The notes: generated by a model from the sequence alone, not told the origin. DNA of 64,000 bases from Candidatus Methanomethylicia archaeon (GCA_029259155.1 JAPDJI010000014.1:11316-75315); one strand, 5' to 3'; shown: positions 9,142 through 19,159, numbered from the stretch's first letter. Translations and numbers: made by a program.

Positions 9142-10278
9142 TTGGATCTTAGCGAGACCATCTTTAAACGGTTTAGGGAGCGTATTCGTGCTGAAGTCAA
9201 ACATCTCTTCACGATCCCTATAATCTTCAGTTTGGGCTCAGGTGGTGGTAGGATATTATCGAATATCAATGTTAGTAAGATAGGAGCTATCAAGGTTGCT
9301 ATTAACTCCAGCATTCGTGACCTTAGACAGATAGAGGAACGTGTAGACCTTCCCGTTCCCTGCGGTAATGGTGGAGGTTCAGGGATGAGGCCTGAGAAGG
9401 GAAGAGAGGATTACTTAGAGGTGGCTGAAAGCATACCATACATGATAGAGAAAGCTTGTGAAGTCTATGGCTGCGAAGAACCTGATTTGATAGTGACCAT
9501 TGCCAGCGTTGGGCATGGTTTTGGCAGCGGGTCTTTGCCTGAACACGTAAAGGTGGTTAAGGAAAACTTTCCCAACGCGGTTCAGCTAGTGTTCACGGTG
9601 ACGCCTTTCTACTTTGAAGGGGATGCACCACTCGTTAGGGCTTACCGTAGCTTGAGAGAAGCTGTCAAACACACAACGGTATTTCCTCTCTCCAACCAAA
9701 TAGCTAGTCTTAAGATGAGTATTGATCCTCAGAAGATAAGGCTGACCGATGTATACCATGTTGTTAACTCTAGGATAGCTGAGATTCTTAACACCCTTTT
9801 TGAGGCCCTGACCGCATCTGAAGGAGTTAGGATGGGTATGGATAAGAGCGATTTGAGGAATATGATGCAAGGAGAAATAGGAGCTATAGGCATGGCCAGA
9901 TACTACTCCCTCGCTGGTATAACAGTTGATAAAGTGCTTCAGGATATGGCTTCATCTATCTATGCTAGGCTGACAGTTAGGACTGAAGGGGCTTATGGTA
10001 CATATATCATAGACTCTAATGAACAAGTCCCTCTAGCACTATTGAATGAACTTAGCCGCCAGCTAATATTAAAATGGGCTTTTAGAACCCAGTACCTTAA
10101 ACCCTTAGTGATTGAGCGGGAGAGGGAAGGTGTTTCCATTTTCACCATCATGACCAACATAGTATTGAGCAAGCAAGTAGAACGTGAGCTTCATAGTTTG
10201 ATTTTCGGTTTACAGGCAGGGGAATACTGGACGAAGTCCTTTGCTAGCAAGATTAAGAAGCTGTTCTTCAGGAAGTGA
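9142..10278 (+). CDS. Divergent FtsZ/tubulin-superfamily GTPase
   Basis: T1 LGSGGGRIL, AINS, T3 GGGSGMRPEKG, T4 variant GHGFGSG, T5 VTPFYFEG, LSN, T7-like MDKSDL. Confidence 0.85.
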   Translation: MDLSETIFKRFRERIRAEVKHLFTIPIIFSLGSGGGRILSNINVSKIGAIKVAINSSIRDLRQIEERVDLPVPCGNGGGSGMRPEKGREDYLEVAESIPYMIEKACEVYGCEEPDLIVTIASVGHGFGSGSLPEHVKVVKENFPNAVQLVFTVTPFYFEGDAPLVRAYRSLREAVKHTTVFPLSNQIASLKMSIDPQKIRLTDVYHVVNSRIAEILNTLFEALTASEGVRMGMDKSDLRNMMQGEIGAIGMARYYSLAGITVDKVLQDMASSIYARLTVRTEGAYGTYIIDSNEQVPLALLNELSRQLILKWAFRTQYLKPLVIEREREGVSIFTIMTNIVLSKQVERELHSLIFGLQAGEYWTKSFASKIKKLFFRK

Positions 10279-10383
10279 AGGAACTTCTTCTTTCCACTTT
10301 AATTCAACTACCTCGACCTCGTCGAGCACGCCTGCACTCTTCTACGTCGTCCATATATGACCCTCTTAGAGCCTTTGTACCCT

Positions 10384-10932
10384 CTACTCGTCGTAAGCTC
10401 CTAGATCTTGCTGACATCTATGGTGGCAACCTTGCTCAAGCTCCAACCTTCTAAAAAGCTCTTTAAAATCCTCCTCAAGCCTACTTAAAGCAGCCCTAAC
10501 GGGCTTAGAAAGGCTCGCCTTAAAGGTATACGTTAAGCGTTTAGGCTGAATACCTATAAGCAGAAACTCTGAGTTGATGGATTCTTTAATGTAGGTGGCC
10601 AATAGTCTGAGAGAAGGTTTATGGGTATCAAGCGTTAAACCTGCAAGCTCGTCCTCACTATAGAGCTCTATGCTTCCAGGGGGTTTTCCTGCCTCTACAG
10701 CATCTACCACAACTACATGGCTTGGCTTAAACCTCCTAATACTTCCTGTATAGTTCTCAGGGTTCGATCCACAATCTAGAACCAATACCCAGCTTGGCTT
10801 AAACTTCCTAACTCTCCTAGCGAAGAGAGGACCTACGGCGTCGTCCCCCCTTAAAGGATTGCCAACTCCAAGCAACACTACCTTGCGTGCCCCTCGTAAC
10901 CTTCCGACTAACCTATCTAAGAGTGAGGCCAC
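10384..10932 (-). CDS. hycI: Hydrogenase maturation endopeptidase (HycI-like)
   Basis: GVGNPLRGDDAVG, PEN, VVVDA, THK, IGIQP. Confidence 0.92.
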   Translation of the reverse strand: MASLLDRLVGRLRGARKVVLLGVGNPLRGDDAVGPLFARRVRKFKPSWVLVLDCGSNPENYTGSIRRFKPSHVVVVDAVEAGKPPGSIELYSEDELAGLTLDTHKPSLRLLATYIKESINSEFLLIGIQPKRLTYTFKASLSKPVRAALSRLEEDFKELFRRLELEQGCHHRCQQDLGAYDE

Positions 10933-11045
10933 AGTGGCCTAGAACAAGAAACAAGCTTTAAGGGTTAACGCTTCAACAGTAGCTGAAGACGGGAAGGTAA
11001 GCTTAAAAATAGCTACTGATAGACATCTACCTGCGGTGGCTCAGC

Positions 11046-11411
11046 TTGCGTTTTCGGTTTGTGAGAGGTACGGTAGAGGAGGTCGACCTAGTTAACAGAA
11101 CTCTCACCATAATGGAGGACCTAAGGTGGGTCATGGAGACCTACATCCTACCAGAGAACTTGATCCACCTAATAGCGGAGAAAGGTAGGGACTGGATCGT
11201 AGATAATTTCATAGGTAAGAAGGTGAGAGCGCTAGCTGAGGGCATTGATACCGAGGAGAACGTGGGAGGTGTTCCTGTAAAGCGGGTGAAGTGGACCATT
11301 GTTAAGATGTTAGACCCTCCCATCTCCACAACCATACCTGTACCTGTTGCGCCTGAAACTACCCCCGTGAAACGGCGTAAGTCACGTGAAGAAGAGAGCA
11401 GCGAAGGATAA
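11046..11411 (+). CDS. Hypothetical protein, OB-fold-like N-terminus and Pro/basic/acidic tail
   Basis: GGTGG RBS with TTG start; beta-rich GTVEEVD..TLTI pattern. Confidence 0.55.
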   Translation: MRFRFVRGTVEEVDLVNRTLTIMEDLRWVMETYILPENLIHLIAEKGRDWIVDNFIGKKVRALAEGIDTEENVGGVPVKRVKWTIVKMLDPPISTTIPVPVAPETTPVKRRKSREEESSEG

Positions 11412-11426
11412 CCTGTAAAAATTTCT

Positions 11427-11843
11427 TTATCGTAGTTTTTCAATAGCTTTTACCACGGCGCTTAATATTGCTTCAGGTTTAGGTGGGCAGCCAGCTACAT
11501 AGACGTCTACAGGTATTACTTTATCTACAGGGCCAGCCACGGCGTAGCTTCCATCAAACACGTCTCCTGACACTGCGCAGTTACCTACCGCTACCACTAT
11601 TTTAGGGTCAGGTACCTGCTCATAGACGCGACGTAACCTATCTTTAATCTGTAACGTCACTACCCCTGTCACGAGTAGTATATCAGCATGTCTAGGCGTA
11701 CCCTTAAGGAGTGCACCAAACCTCTCAGCGTCGTAGAGGGGCGTTAGCGCAGCTACAACCTCTATATCACAGCCGTTACATCCACCACAGGGGAAGTGCA
11801 TGATCCATGGAGACTTCTTCCTAGCCCATGTAGAAAGATTCAT
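11427..11843 (-). CDS. Group 4 [NiFe]-hydrogenase small subunit (NuoB/HycG/EchC-like)
   Basis: CGGCNGCDIE, PRHAD, GNCA, GCPP. Confidence 0.95.
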   Translation of the reverse strand: MNLSTWARKKSPWIMHFPCGGCNGCDIEVVAALTPLYDAERFGALLKGTPRHADILLVTGVVTLQIKDRLRRVYEQVPDPKIVVAVGNCAVSGDVFDGSYAVAGPVDKVIPVDVYVAGCPPKPEAILSAVVKAIEKLR

Positions 11844-11849
11844 TTACGC

Positions 11850-12404
11850 TCACCCCATTTTTAACATAAACTTAGAGGCTTCCTTCAACGCTTCAGGTCT
11901 GGATCGGCATGGAGGACAAAGGGAGATGAGCTTACGGTACTCTTCGAGCGAAGCCCCCCGCTTATTTATCGACTCTTCCACTAGCTCAACTATCTTAGAT
12001 AGTTGCCTTGACGTAGTAAAGTAGCTGCCACAGGAAGCACAGGCAGCTAATTCAAGCTCTAATTTATCTTCAGCCTCTTCCTTGTTATAGGTCACTATCA
12101 CATACTCTCTAGATAGCTTGATGGCCTCCCAAGGACAGGTGTCTTCGCATCTACCGCAGAAGGCACAGTGTCCATGCCACACCCTTAAGACCCGCGTGGA
12201 GCCTTGATCCACCACGGTTATGGCTTTAGCCGGGCAAACTTGGCTGCATGCACCGCAACCTATGCATTTATCGCGGTCGTAGAGAGGCTTTCCTCTATAA
12301 CCTTCAGCCGGGGGTATTTCCTTATACGGGTAAGGCACTGTCGATGGCTTGAGGAAGCCTTTAAGGCTCTCCAACATGGTTCTTAGGTTTACCAAATTAA
12401 CCAC
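11850..12404 (-). CDS. Fe-S subunit (NuoI/HycF-like)
   Basis: CIGCGACSQVCP and CAFCGRCEDTCP, plus additional CxxC pairs. Confidence 0.92.
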   Translation of the reverse strand: MVNLVNLRTMLESLKGFLKPSTVPYPYKEIPPAEGYRGKPLYDRDKCIGCGACSQVCPAKAITVVDQGSTRVLRVWHGHCAFCGRCEDTCPWEAIKLSREYVIVTYNKEEAEDKLELELAACASCGSYFTTSRQLSKIVELVEESINKRGASLEEYRKLISLCPPCRSRPEALKEASKFMLKMG

Positions 12405-13324
12405 CCCGTGGAGGCTCTAATTAAATCTATCAAGGCTAGGGCTAAGCCCCAGGCCAAGAGGAATTTAAATGCTTGATCAACTCTTAGCCTAGTGCTCTGT
12501 GAATCTACGTAGGAGACTATGAACACTATTACGACGCATAACGCTAAGAAGCAGGCTACGTCTACGAACGGTATCCCTGTGAAACGCCCTCCCGCGAAGA
12601 ATAGGTCTACGGCTATGGCTGGAAGAACTATCCACCTGAACACATTGCCGAGCTCAAAGAGCCCTAGTAGGCTTCCTGAGTAATCTGTCAACGGTCCCGC
12701 TACGATCTCTACTTCGGCATCGGGTATATCAAAGGGTTTACGCCCAAGCTTGAGGACAAGAGCTATGAAGAAAGCTACCGCAGCGAACGGATAGCTAAAC
12801 AGGAAAGGTGTGCCGCTCTGAGCTGCTATGATGCTGGCCATACTTAACCCCCCGGCTGCCTTAACTAAAGCTATGGCAGAGACTACGAAAGGTATCTCCG
12901 AGGCGACTAGTAGGGTGAGCTCTCTGCTAGAACCTATAGCTCCGTAGGGGTTGCCTGAACTGGAGCCTGCTATGATAATGGATACGCCAGGGATGGCGAG
13001 CGCGATGAGCACTACCAGCACGTCTCCTGTTACGCTTAGAGGGGCAGCTACTCCTAGGGGAGTTAGTGCAAGTGCGGTTAGATATCCTGCTAAAGCTAGT
13101 AGGGGTGCTATTGTAAACCATGGTCTACTAGCAGCACTAGGCATTATGGTTTTCTTTGAAAATAGCTTAACGATGTCGGCGAGAGGCTGAATGATAGGTG
13201 GCCCTATCCTACACTGGAAGCGTGCCCTCAGTTTTCTGAAGAGCCAGTAGAATATCCAGCCAAAGATGAAGGCCAGAGCGAACTGGCAGGCTACTAACCC
13301 TGCTTGAAGTAGATAGTTGCTCAT
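12389..13324 (-). CDS. Membrane subunit (NuoH/HycD/EchB-like)
   Basis: RKLRARFQCRIGPP, RKPFDIPDAEVEIVAG. Confidence 0.93.
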   Translation of the reverse strand: MSNYLLQAGLVACQFALAFIFGWIFYWLFRKLRARFQCRIGPPIIQPLADIVKLFSKKTIMPSAASRPWFTIAPLLALAGYLTALALTPLGVAAPLSVTGDVLVVLIALAIPGVSIIIAGSSSGNPYGAIGSSRELTLLVASEIPFVVSAIALVKAAGGLSMASIIAAQSGTPFLFSYPFAAVAFFIALVLKLGRKPFDIPDAEVEIVAGPLTDYSGSLLGLFELGNVFRWIVLPAIAVDLFFAGGRFTGIPFVDVACFLALCVVIVFIVSYVDSQSTRLRVDQAFKFLLAWGLALALIDLIRASTGWLIW

Positions 13325-14484
13325 AACATCACCCTCCTCCTGGCTAAGTCCTCTAAGGTTACATGTTTCACGGACCCATTCTTCACATTAACCACTTCTA
13401 CCCTGTCGGTGCAGGCTATGCATGGATCGATGCTGGCGAAGATTATGGGGGCGTCGGCTATATTATAGCCTATTAACATGACTGGCACGCTATGGTTATT
13501 CGCTACGGAGGGCGTCCTTATCCTCACTCTTTCAGGTATGTTTGTGCCGTTGCTACGCATATAGTAGAAGAGCTCTCCTCTAGGTGCTTCAACCCGGCCG
13601 AAAACTTCCTTGCCCTTAACAGGCTCTTTAATCTCCTCCGCCATGATAGGGCCTTCAGGTATATCCTTAAGTATCTGCTTGATCATCTTAATGGACTCGA
13701 AGATCTCCATAAGCCTCACCAAGGTCTTAGCTAGCACGTCTCCTTGATCAAACACGGGTACAGACCATTCTAGTTTATCGTAGTTAGCGTATGGGTCATC
13801 TTTGCGCACATCTATGTCTATACCTGAGCCCCTCGCCGTAGGCCCTACGACACATAGTTTCTTGGCATCCTCTCTGGTTAAGACGCCTACCTCTGCTACC
13901 CTAGCCCTTATCATGCGGTCATTGACCACGGTCTCCTTTAATCTCTCAGCTGCCCGCTCAATCTCGACTAGCTGGGCTTCTACAAACTTAGCTAGCTTGG
14001 GGGTTAAGTCTCGCCTAACCCCTCCGATAGTGGGGTAGGCGTAGTTGACACGTTTCCCTGTCACGGCTTCGAGCACCCTCATCACTACCTCGCGGTCTCT
14101 CCACGCATGCATGAAGGCAGTATCAAACCCTATCAGGTGGAGGGCTACGCCGAACCATAGAAAGTGGCTATGAAGCCTCTCCAACTCTGCCACTAGGGCT
14201 CTAAGATACTTGGCTCTCTCAGGGGGCTCCACGTCTAGTAGGTCCTCGATGGTCTGAGTGCAGGCGGTAGCATGGGCGTCGCTGCAGATTCCACATACAC
14301 GTTCACATAGGAAGATTACTTGGTGAAAAGTTCTCCTGGAAGCTAGCCACTCTATACCTCGATGGAAGTAGCCTGTCTTAAGGTCAGCGCCTACGACGCG
14401 TTCACCTTCGACCTCCAGCCTTATGAAGAGGCTCTCCTTTAAGGCTGGGTGGAAGGGTCCTATAGGTATGCTACACGTGCTCAT
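13321..14484 (-). CDS. Group 4 [NiFe]-hydrogenase large subunit
   Basis: All four Ni-Fe Cys present: ERVCGICS (L1) and DPCIACTDR (L2), followed by a cleavable C-terminal extension. Confidence 0.96.
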   Translation of the reverse strand: MSTCSIPIGPFHPALKESLFIRLEVEGERVVGADLKTGYFHRGIEWLASRRTFHQVIFLCERVCGICSDAHATACTQTIEDLLDVEPPERAKYLRALVAELERLHSHFLWFGVALHLIGFDTAFMHAWRDREVVMRVLEAVTGKRVNYAYPTIGGVRRDLTPKLAKFVEAQLVEIERAAERLKETVVNDRMIRARVAEVGVLTREDAKKLCVVGPTARGSGIDIDVRKDDPYANYDKLEWSVPVFDQGDVLAKTLVRLMEIFESIKMIKQILKDIPEGPIMAEEIKEPVKGKEVFGRVEAPRGELFYYMRSNGTNIPERVRIRTPSVANNHSVPVMLIGYNIADAPIIFASIDPCIACTDRVEVVNVKNGSVKHVTLEDLARRRVML

Positions 14485-14488
14485 CTAG

Positions 14489-15370
14489 TCATCCCACCCT
14501 CTCAACGAGCTTGGTTAAAGGTATTCGGTGAAGGTCTAAGCCCACCTCCTCTGGCTTGTAGCCGAAGGAGAGGGCTAGGAGCTCAGATAGGTAAGCTACG
14601 GGTATGTTAAACTCGAGACTTGTCTTAGATTTAAGGTCGGCCTGCCCCACCTCGAACTGTAGATAGCAGGTGGGACACACCACAGCTATTAAGTCAGCAC
14701 CAGCTTCACTCACAGATTCAAGCTTCATCCTTAACGTCTCAGTTAAGGATAGCTCTTCATCGAAGCTTCTCTGAGGGAAGCCGCAGCAAAGTCTTTCAAG
14801 CTTATAGTCCACGACTTCAGCACCTATAGCCTTAACCAGCTCTTTAAAGGCCTCAGCTTTGAAGTACCAGTCTTCAGTCTTCTTTGACCTATAGAGGTGG
14901 CATCCTGGATGGACAGCCACCTTGATGCCTGTCAGCGGCTTAACCACAGCCTGCTTAATGCGATCTAATCCTTGCTCGTAGAGAGCTTCGGTGAGGTGTT
15001 TGACTTCCACGGTACCCTGATACTTCTTGCCTATCTTCGATAACTCCTTATTTACCTTCTCCTTAGCCTCAGGGTTTTCCTTTAAAAACTCGTTTGCCTC
15101 GAAGAGGGTTTCATAGCAACCGTTACACAAGGTCAGCACGGGAAGACCTAGGGCTTCAGCTATGGTAATGTTTCTGGCCGCCATCGTCAACCATAGCTCA
15201 CGGTCCAGCAGCCCTGTGTAGAAAGGCTCAGGACAACATGAAGTGCCCTCCATGTCTCGGTAGGGCACTCCAAGCTTTTCCAATACCTTGCGCGTAGAGG
15301 CTTCTATGTTAGAGAATCGGGTTTGAATCCAGCAGCTCCAAAACATGGCGTAGCCGGTCAACACAACCAC
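14489..15370 (-). CDS. hdrB: Heterodisulfide reductase subunit B-like protein
   Basis: Two CCG domains: WSC, CCPEP, CNGC, HPGCH, CCGFP, CPTCYLQFE. Confidence 0.9.
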   Translation of the reverse strand: MVVLTGYAMFWSCWIQTRFSNIEASTRKVLEKLGVPYRDMEGTSCCPEPFYTGLLDRELWLTMAARNITIAEALGLPVLTLCNGCYETLFEANEFLKENPEAKEKVNKELSKIGKKYQGTVEVKHLTEALYEQGLDRIKQAVVKPLTGIKVAVHPGCHLYRSKKTEDWYFKAEAFKELVKAIGAEVVDYKLERLCCGFPQRSFDEELSLTETLRMKLESVSEAGADLIAVVCPTCYLQFEVGQADLKSKTSLEFNIPVAYLSELLALSFGYKPEEVGLDLHRIPLTKLVERVG

Positions 15371-15371
15371 C

Positions 15372-16037
15372 TCAATACCTCAACTTCTTACGTCCCCAGT
15401 CGAACTTCACCTTCTCGTCGAACTTGAAGTCCTTCATCAACTTCTGCACTTCAGTTAACGACGCAGGGTCGACAGCAGTACATTTAACAGCTTCAGGAAG
15501 ACCTAGCTTAACGCGCTGCCTCTTAGCCGCGAAGGTCAAGGGGAAGCGCAGCCCCGTCGTCAACACCCCCTCTATCCCTGGCTTCTGAGTATCCGTCACA
15601 GGACCTTTCATAGGTCCTCTAAGCGGCTTAAGCTCCTCAGGCGCCTCAAAGGGTAGGGATATGTGACGTGGATCTGGATGTCCCTCAAACCGGATCCCAA
15701 ACATGTCTTGTACTTCCCTCTCTATCATCCCCGCCCCGGGTATGATGGGGGTGATGGAGTCTACCGTTGGCTTCTCCTTGGGCACCTTGAACTTGAGGTT
15801 CACGTAACTCCTCCCTATGGTCATATGGTAAATGAGCTCGAAATCTACTCCTAGGTCTACAGCTGAGATTGTGCAAAGCCTAGCGTTCTTCTCGTTGAAA
15901 AGCCACTCTACCATTTCCCTTAAGCAGTAGGGCTCTATGTATACTACGTACCTAGTCTCCCTGGCTTCTTGCACTTCGTGGACAACATCCTTAAACTTGT
16001 TCTTCAGCTCCTCAACAACCTCCTTCATCACCATCAC
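15372..16037 (-). CDS. NuoC/EchD-like subunit with HdrC-like C-terminal extension
   Basis: EREVQDMFGIRFEGHP NuoC motif; the last 64 aa resemble the HdrC C-terminus as recalled. Confidence 0.85.
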   Translation of the reverse strand: MMVMKEVVEELKNKFKDVVHEVQEARETRYVVYIEPYCLREMVEWLFNEKNARLCTISAVDLGVDFELIYHMTIGRSYVNLKFKVPKEKPTVDSITPIIPGAGMIEREVQDMFGIRFEGHPDPRHISLPFEAPEELKPLRGPMKGPVTDTQKPGIEGVLTTGLRFPLTFAAKRQRVKLGLPEAVKCTAVDPASLTEVQKLMKDFKFDEKVKFDWGRKKLRY

Positions 16038-18580
16038 CCCGCTAATGAACTAGCCAACCTCCAAGCCCAGTTGAATAAGGGGTCAGGAATCATGCCCAAA
16101 ACCACGCAGAGAGCAACTAAGACCAGGGCTATAGCGGCCAGACCTGTGGCTTCACGTATCTTCTCGGCTTCAGGTATGGGCTCACCCAAGAATGCTCCGC
16201 TGAATCCCTTGACCATAGCGGCCAGCAAGGTTACCGTGGAGAAAGCTACGATCAAGACTAAGTCCCACCTACCTGCCTCTGCTAAGGCTACGTAAAGCTG
16301 GTATTCGCTCCACCAAGTGTTGAAGGGAGGTATGCAGGCGAGGGCTAGGCTGCTAGCTATGAAGGCTAACGCGATCATGGGCATACGTCCAGCTAGCCCT
16401 TTGAAGCTATCCAGCCTTGTGGTTCCAGCTTTACTGGCCACCGCGGCTATGCAGTGCAGCATAGCTCATGAAGCTGGGATGATGTTAACCAAGTGGATCA
16501 ACCCGCCAGCTAGGCAGTGTACATAGCCTTCTACTCCTTTAGCTAGGTCGGCTGCACCTAGCTCCATGACCACGTCGCCGAGCTGAACCACGACCGCGGC
16601 TACGAAGAGTCTCTTTAGATCTCGGTGGTGAGCTGCCACCAGCGCACCGATGAGCATCATAGCTGTGCCCACGTAGAGGATAGGGGTTAGGAGACCCGTG
16701 GCTAAGGCTCCAGTTAAGGAGAGGAAGGCTATGCCTGCTAGGACGATTGCCCTAGTCTCTATGAACCTAGCTAACCCGAAGTAAGCTAGGTCAAATCCAC
16801 CACGCTTCATAAAGTTGTGGAGAGGTGCTATGAGTGAGGCAAAGTTAAGGTAGAAGGGGCCAGGCCCTACCTTGGCTTTCTCTAAGCTTAGGTAGGGCTC
16901 CTCGACCTCGCCCCCTGTGAAGGGCATGGCGGCGTAGGTGGTGACTACCATGGGTTTAAGGGAGGCATGGTATATAGCGTAGCCTACGAGCATAGAGATT
17001 AAGATGATGAGGGTGAGGCCCAGGGCTTCATAGAACCCTATCGGGGTAGCGAAGCCTAAGAGGAAGTAGCTGGGGACCCCAGCTCCCACTATTAAGGCCA
17101 CAGCCGGGTTGATTAGGGTATCGAGCAACAATCTTGGCGCCACGCCGAGGACCACGCAGAGAGCAGCTAGGATGACGATGGGTATCTGCATGGTGAGAGG
17201 TACTTCTTTAATCCCCTCCAACCTACTAGGCCTAACCCCGAAGAAGGCTGAGTGAAGCATCTTTAGCACGGAAGCGAGGGTTATTGCGCTGCCGAGGAGG
17301 GCTATTGCACAGTATAGCGCATACATTGCGCCTACAAGGCCCCCTTCAGCTAAGGCCCTCTGGATAGCGCCCTCATAGATGAGTAGCTTGCTAGCAAAGC
17401 CGTTAAGCGGCGGGATTCCTGCCAAGGCTAGGCCGCCGATGATCATGCAGGCAGCGGTCACAGGCATGTTACGTGCTAAGCCACCCATCTCGCTCAGCTT
17501 CTTGGTGCCAGTTACGTAGATTAGGCAGCCAGCACCGAGGAAGAGGAGGCCTTTGAAGATGGCGTGGTTAAAGAAGTGGAAGAGGCCTCCAGCTATGCCC
17601 ACTGCGGTACCTATTCCTAAGCCGAGGAACATGTAGCCTATCTGAGCGGCGGTGTGGTAGGCTAGGAGCCTTTTGACGTCGTCTTGTAGCCAAGCCCCTG
17701 CAGAACATATGATTAAGGTGAAGGCCCCCACCGTGGCCATGGCAATATCCATGGGAGTCTTAAGCGGTGTTAAAGCAGCTAGCTGAGCAGATCTAGCCAT
17801 TAAGTAAACCCCGGCCTTAACCATGGCTGCTGCGTGGAGGAAGGCGGTCACGGCAGAGGGAGCTACCGTAGCGTCTGGGAGCCAGTTATGGACAGGGAAT
17901 TGCACCGACTTAGCCATGGAGGCGACGAGGAAGAGAGGCATCGCTGCGGCTAAAGCCAGTAGGGGGGCAGCTCCGTTTAAGCTGGGTAGGTCTAGGCTAG
18001 TCTTCCCCTGCGCCAGTAGGACTAAGATGCCCAAGATGATGCCTGCGCCGCAAGCATGCGTCATTATCAAGGCCTTCATGGAAGCCCTGGAGCTCTCAAC
18101 CTTACGTATGTAGAACCCTATGAGGCCATAGGAACATAGCCCCACAAGCTCCCAGAATACGAAGAGTAATAACAGGTTCCCCGCTGAGAAGAGACCTATC
18201 ATGGATCCTTGAAAGAGCAGCATCAGTGCAAAGTACCTGGTGTGCCCCTCAGCTTCATGAGCCATGTCGGCTACCGAGTATAGGATCGCCATGAAGCCGA
18301 AGAAGCCGGACATCACTACAAACAACATCGATAAGGCGTCGCCGTAGAGCAGAAGGCCTATGTTTATTCCCTGAGCTCTAAGAAAACCAGCTTCTATGGC
18401 TATTGGTCCTAGCTGTAAGACTGAGGCTGTGGCCCATAGCGAGGCTAGGAAGGTTAGAAGCGTGAAGAGGGTTGCAAGGTAGGCCTTAACTTTATAGGAA
18501 GCTTTATGGAGTATCGCAACTAAGAAGCTTCCCGCTAAAGGTAGGGTGACCGAGAGTATGAATGCCAGCTGAGCATTCAT
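16034..18580 (-). CDS. Antiporter-like subunit (NuoL/MrpA/HycC-like) interrupted by an in-frame TGA at 16466-16468
   Basis: FVFWE, AKSVQFP, WLPDA, AAMVKAG, PPLNGF. The 704-aa and 142-aa ORFs are in the same frame (TGA GCT ATG). Confidence 0.88.
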
Positions 18581-19041
18581 GGTCTTACCCCACTAATCTT
18601 AGATCTTAACTCTAAGGCTATCTCTCTTGGGTAAGCCCTTAAGGCTCCCGAGGAGCAGACCTTTACGCATTCAGGGTCGCCATCACATAGATCACACTTA
18701 ACCGACACTCTAAGCTCTTCATTGAAAGCGGGGACTGATAGTGGGCATGCATAGTTGCAGGTTTTACACCCTATACATTTCACTTGATTTATCCTAACTA
18801 TGCCTGCCTCATCCTTCCAAATAGCTTCACTTAGACAGGCAGCCATGCAGAGAGGTTCTTCGCAGTGTAGGCAGTAAATAGCTTGGAACGTGCCTGTAGC
18901 TGGGTCGAAGACGTGTTTTATGTATGACTTAGCATACCCTGCTTCCCCATAGTGCTTATAGCTACAGGCAACCTCGCAAGCCCTACATCCAGTGCATTTG
19001 GATGGGTCAAACACCAGCTTGAGCTCCACCACCTTCCTCAT
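18577..19041 (-). CDS. 4x[4Fe-4S] electron-transfer subunit (HycB/CooF/DmsB-like)
   Basis: CTGCRACEVAC, CLHCEEPLCMAAC, CIGCKTCNYACP, KCDLCDGDPECVKVC. Confidence 0.92.
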   Translation of the reverse strand: MRKVVELKLVFDPSKCTGCRACEVACSYKHYGEAGYAKSYIKHVFDPATGTFQAIYCLHCEEPLCMAACLSEAIWKDEAGIVRINQVKCIGCKTCNYACPLSVPAFNEELRVSVKCDLCDGDPECVKVCSSGALRAYPREIALELRSKISGVRP

Positions 19042-19066
19042 CCTCCCCGGGAGCTGCCTTATCGTT

Positions 19067-19091
19067 CGAAATTCGCTTTAAAGCAGTTTCG
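19067..19091 (-). promoter_or_regulatory. TATA-like box inside an imperfect palindrome upstream of the hydrogenase operon
   Basis: cgaaattcgcTTTAAAgcagtttcg, about 35-40 bp upstream of ATG 19041. Confidence 0.4.
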
Positions 19092-19159
19092 CTCCTGTCC
19101 ACATCGATTTTATCTAGAGCAATAGCTCTCAGGGTTACAGTTCTCATTAAACTTGAGAA

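Noticed and set aside
10290-10370. Minus-strand segment with GTCGAGGTAG resembling an rRNA guide, or a small ORF
   Set aside because: Boxes too degenerate; no credible start or RBS.
13321-14484. Non-hydrogenase Mbx/Mbs or Fpo-like complex
   Set aside because: All four Ni-binding cysteines, a cleavable tail and hycI are present.
16466-16468. Selenocysteine recoding of the in-frame TGA
   Set aside because: Aligns to a Gly in a TM helix, not to a Cys; no SECIS recognised.
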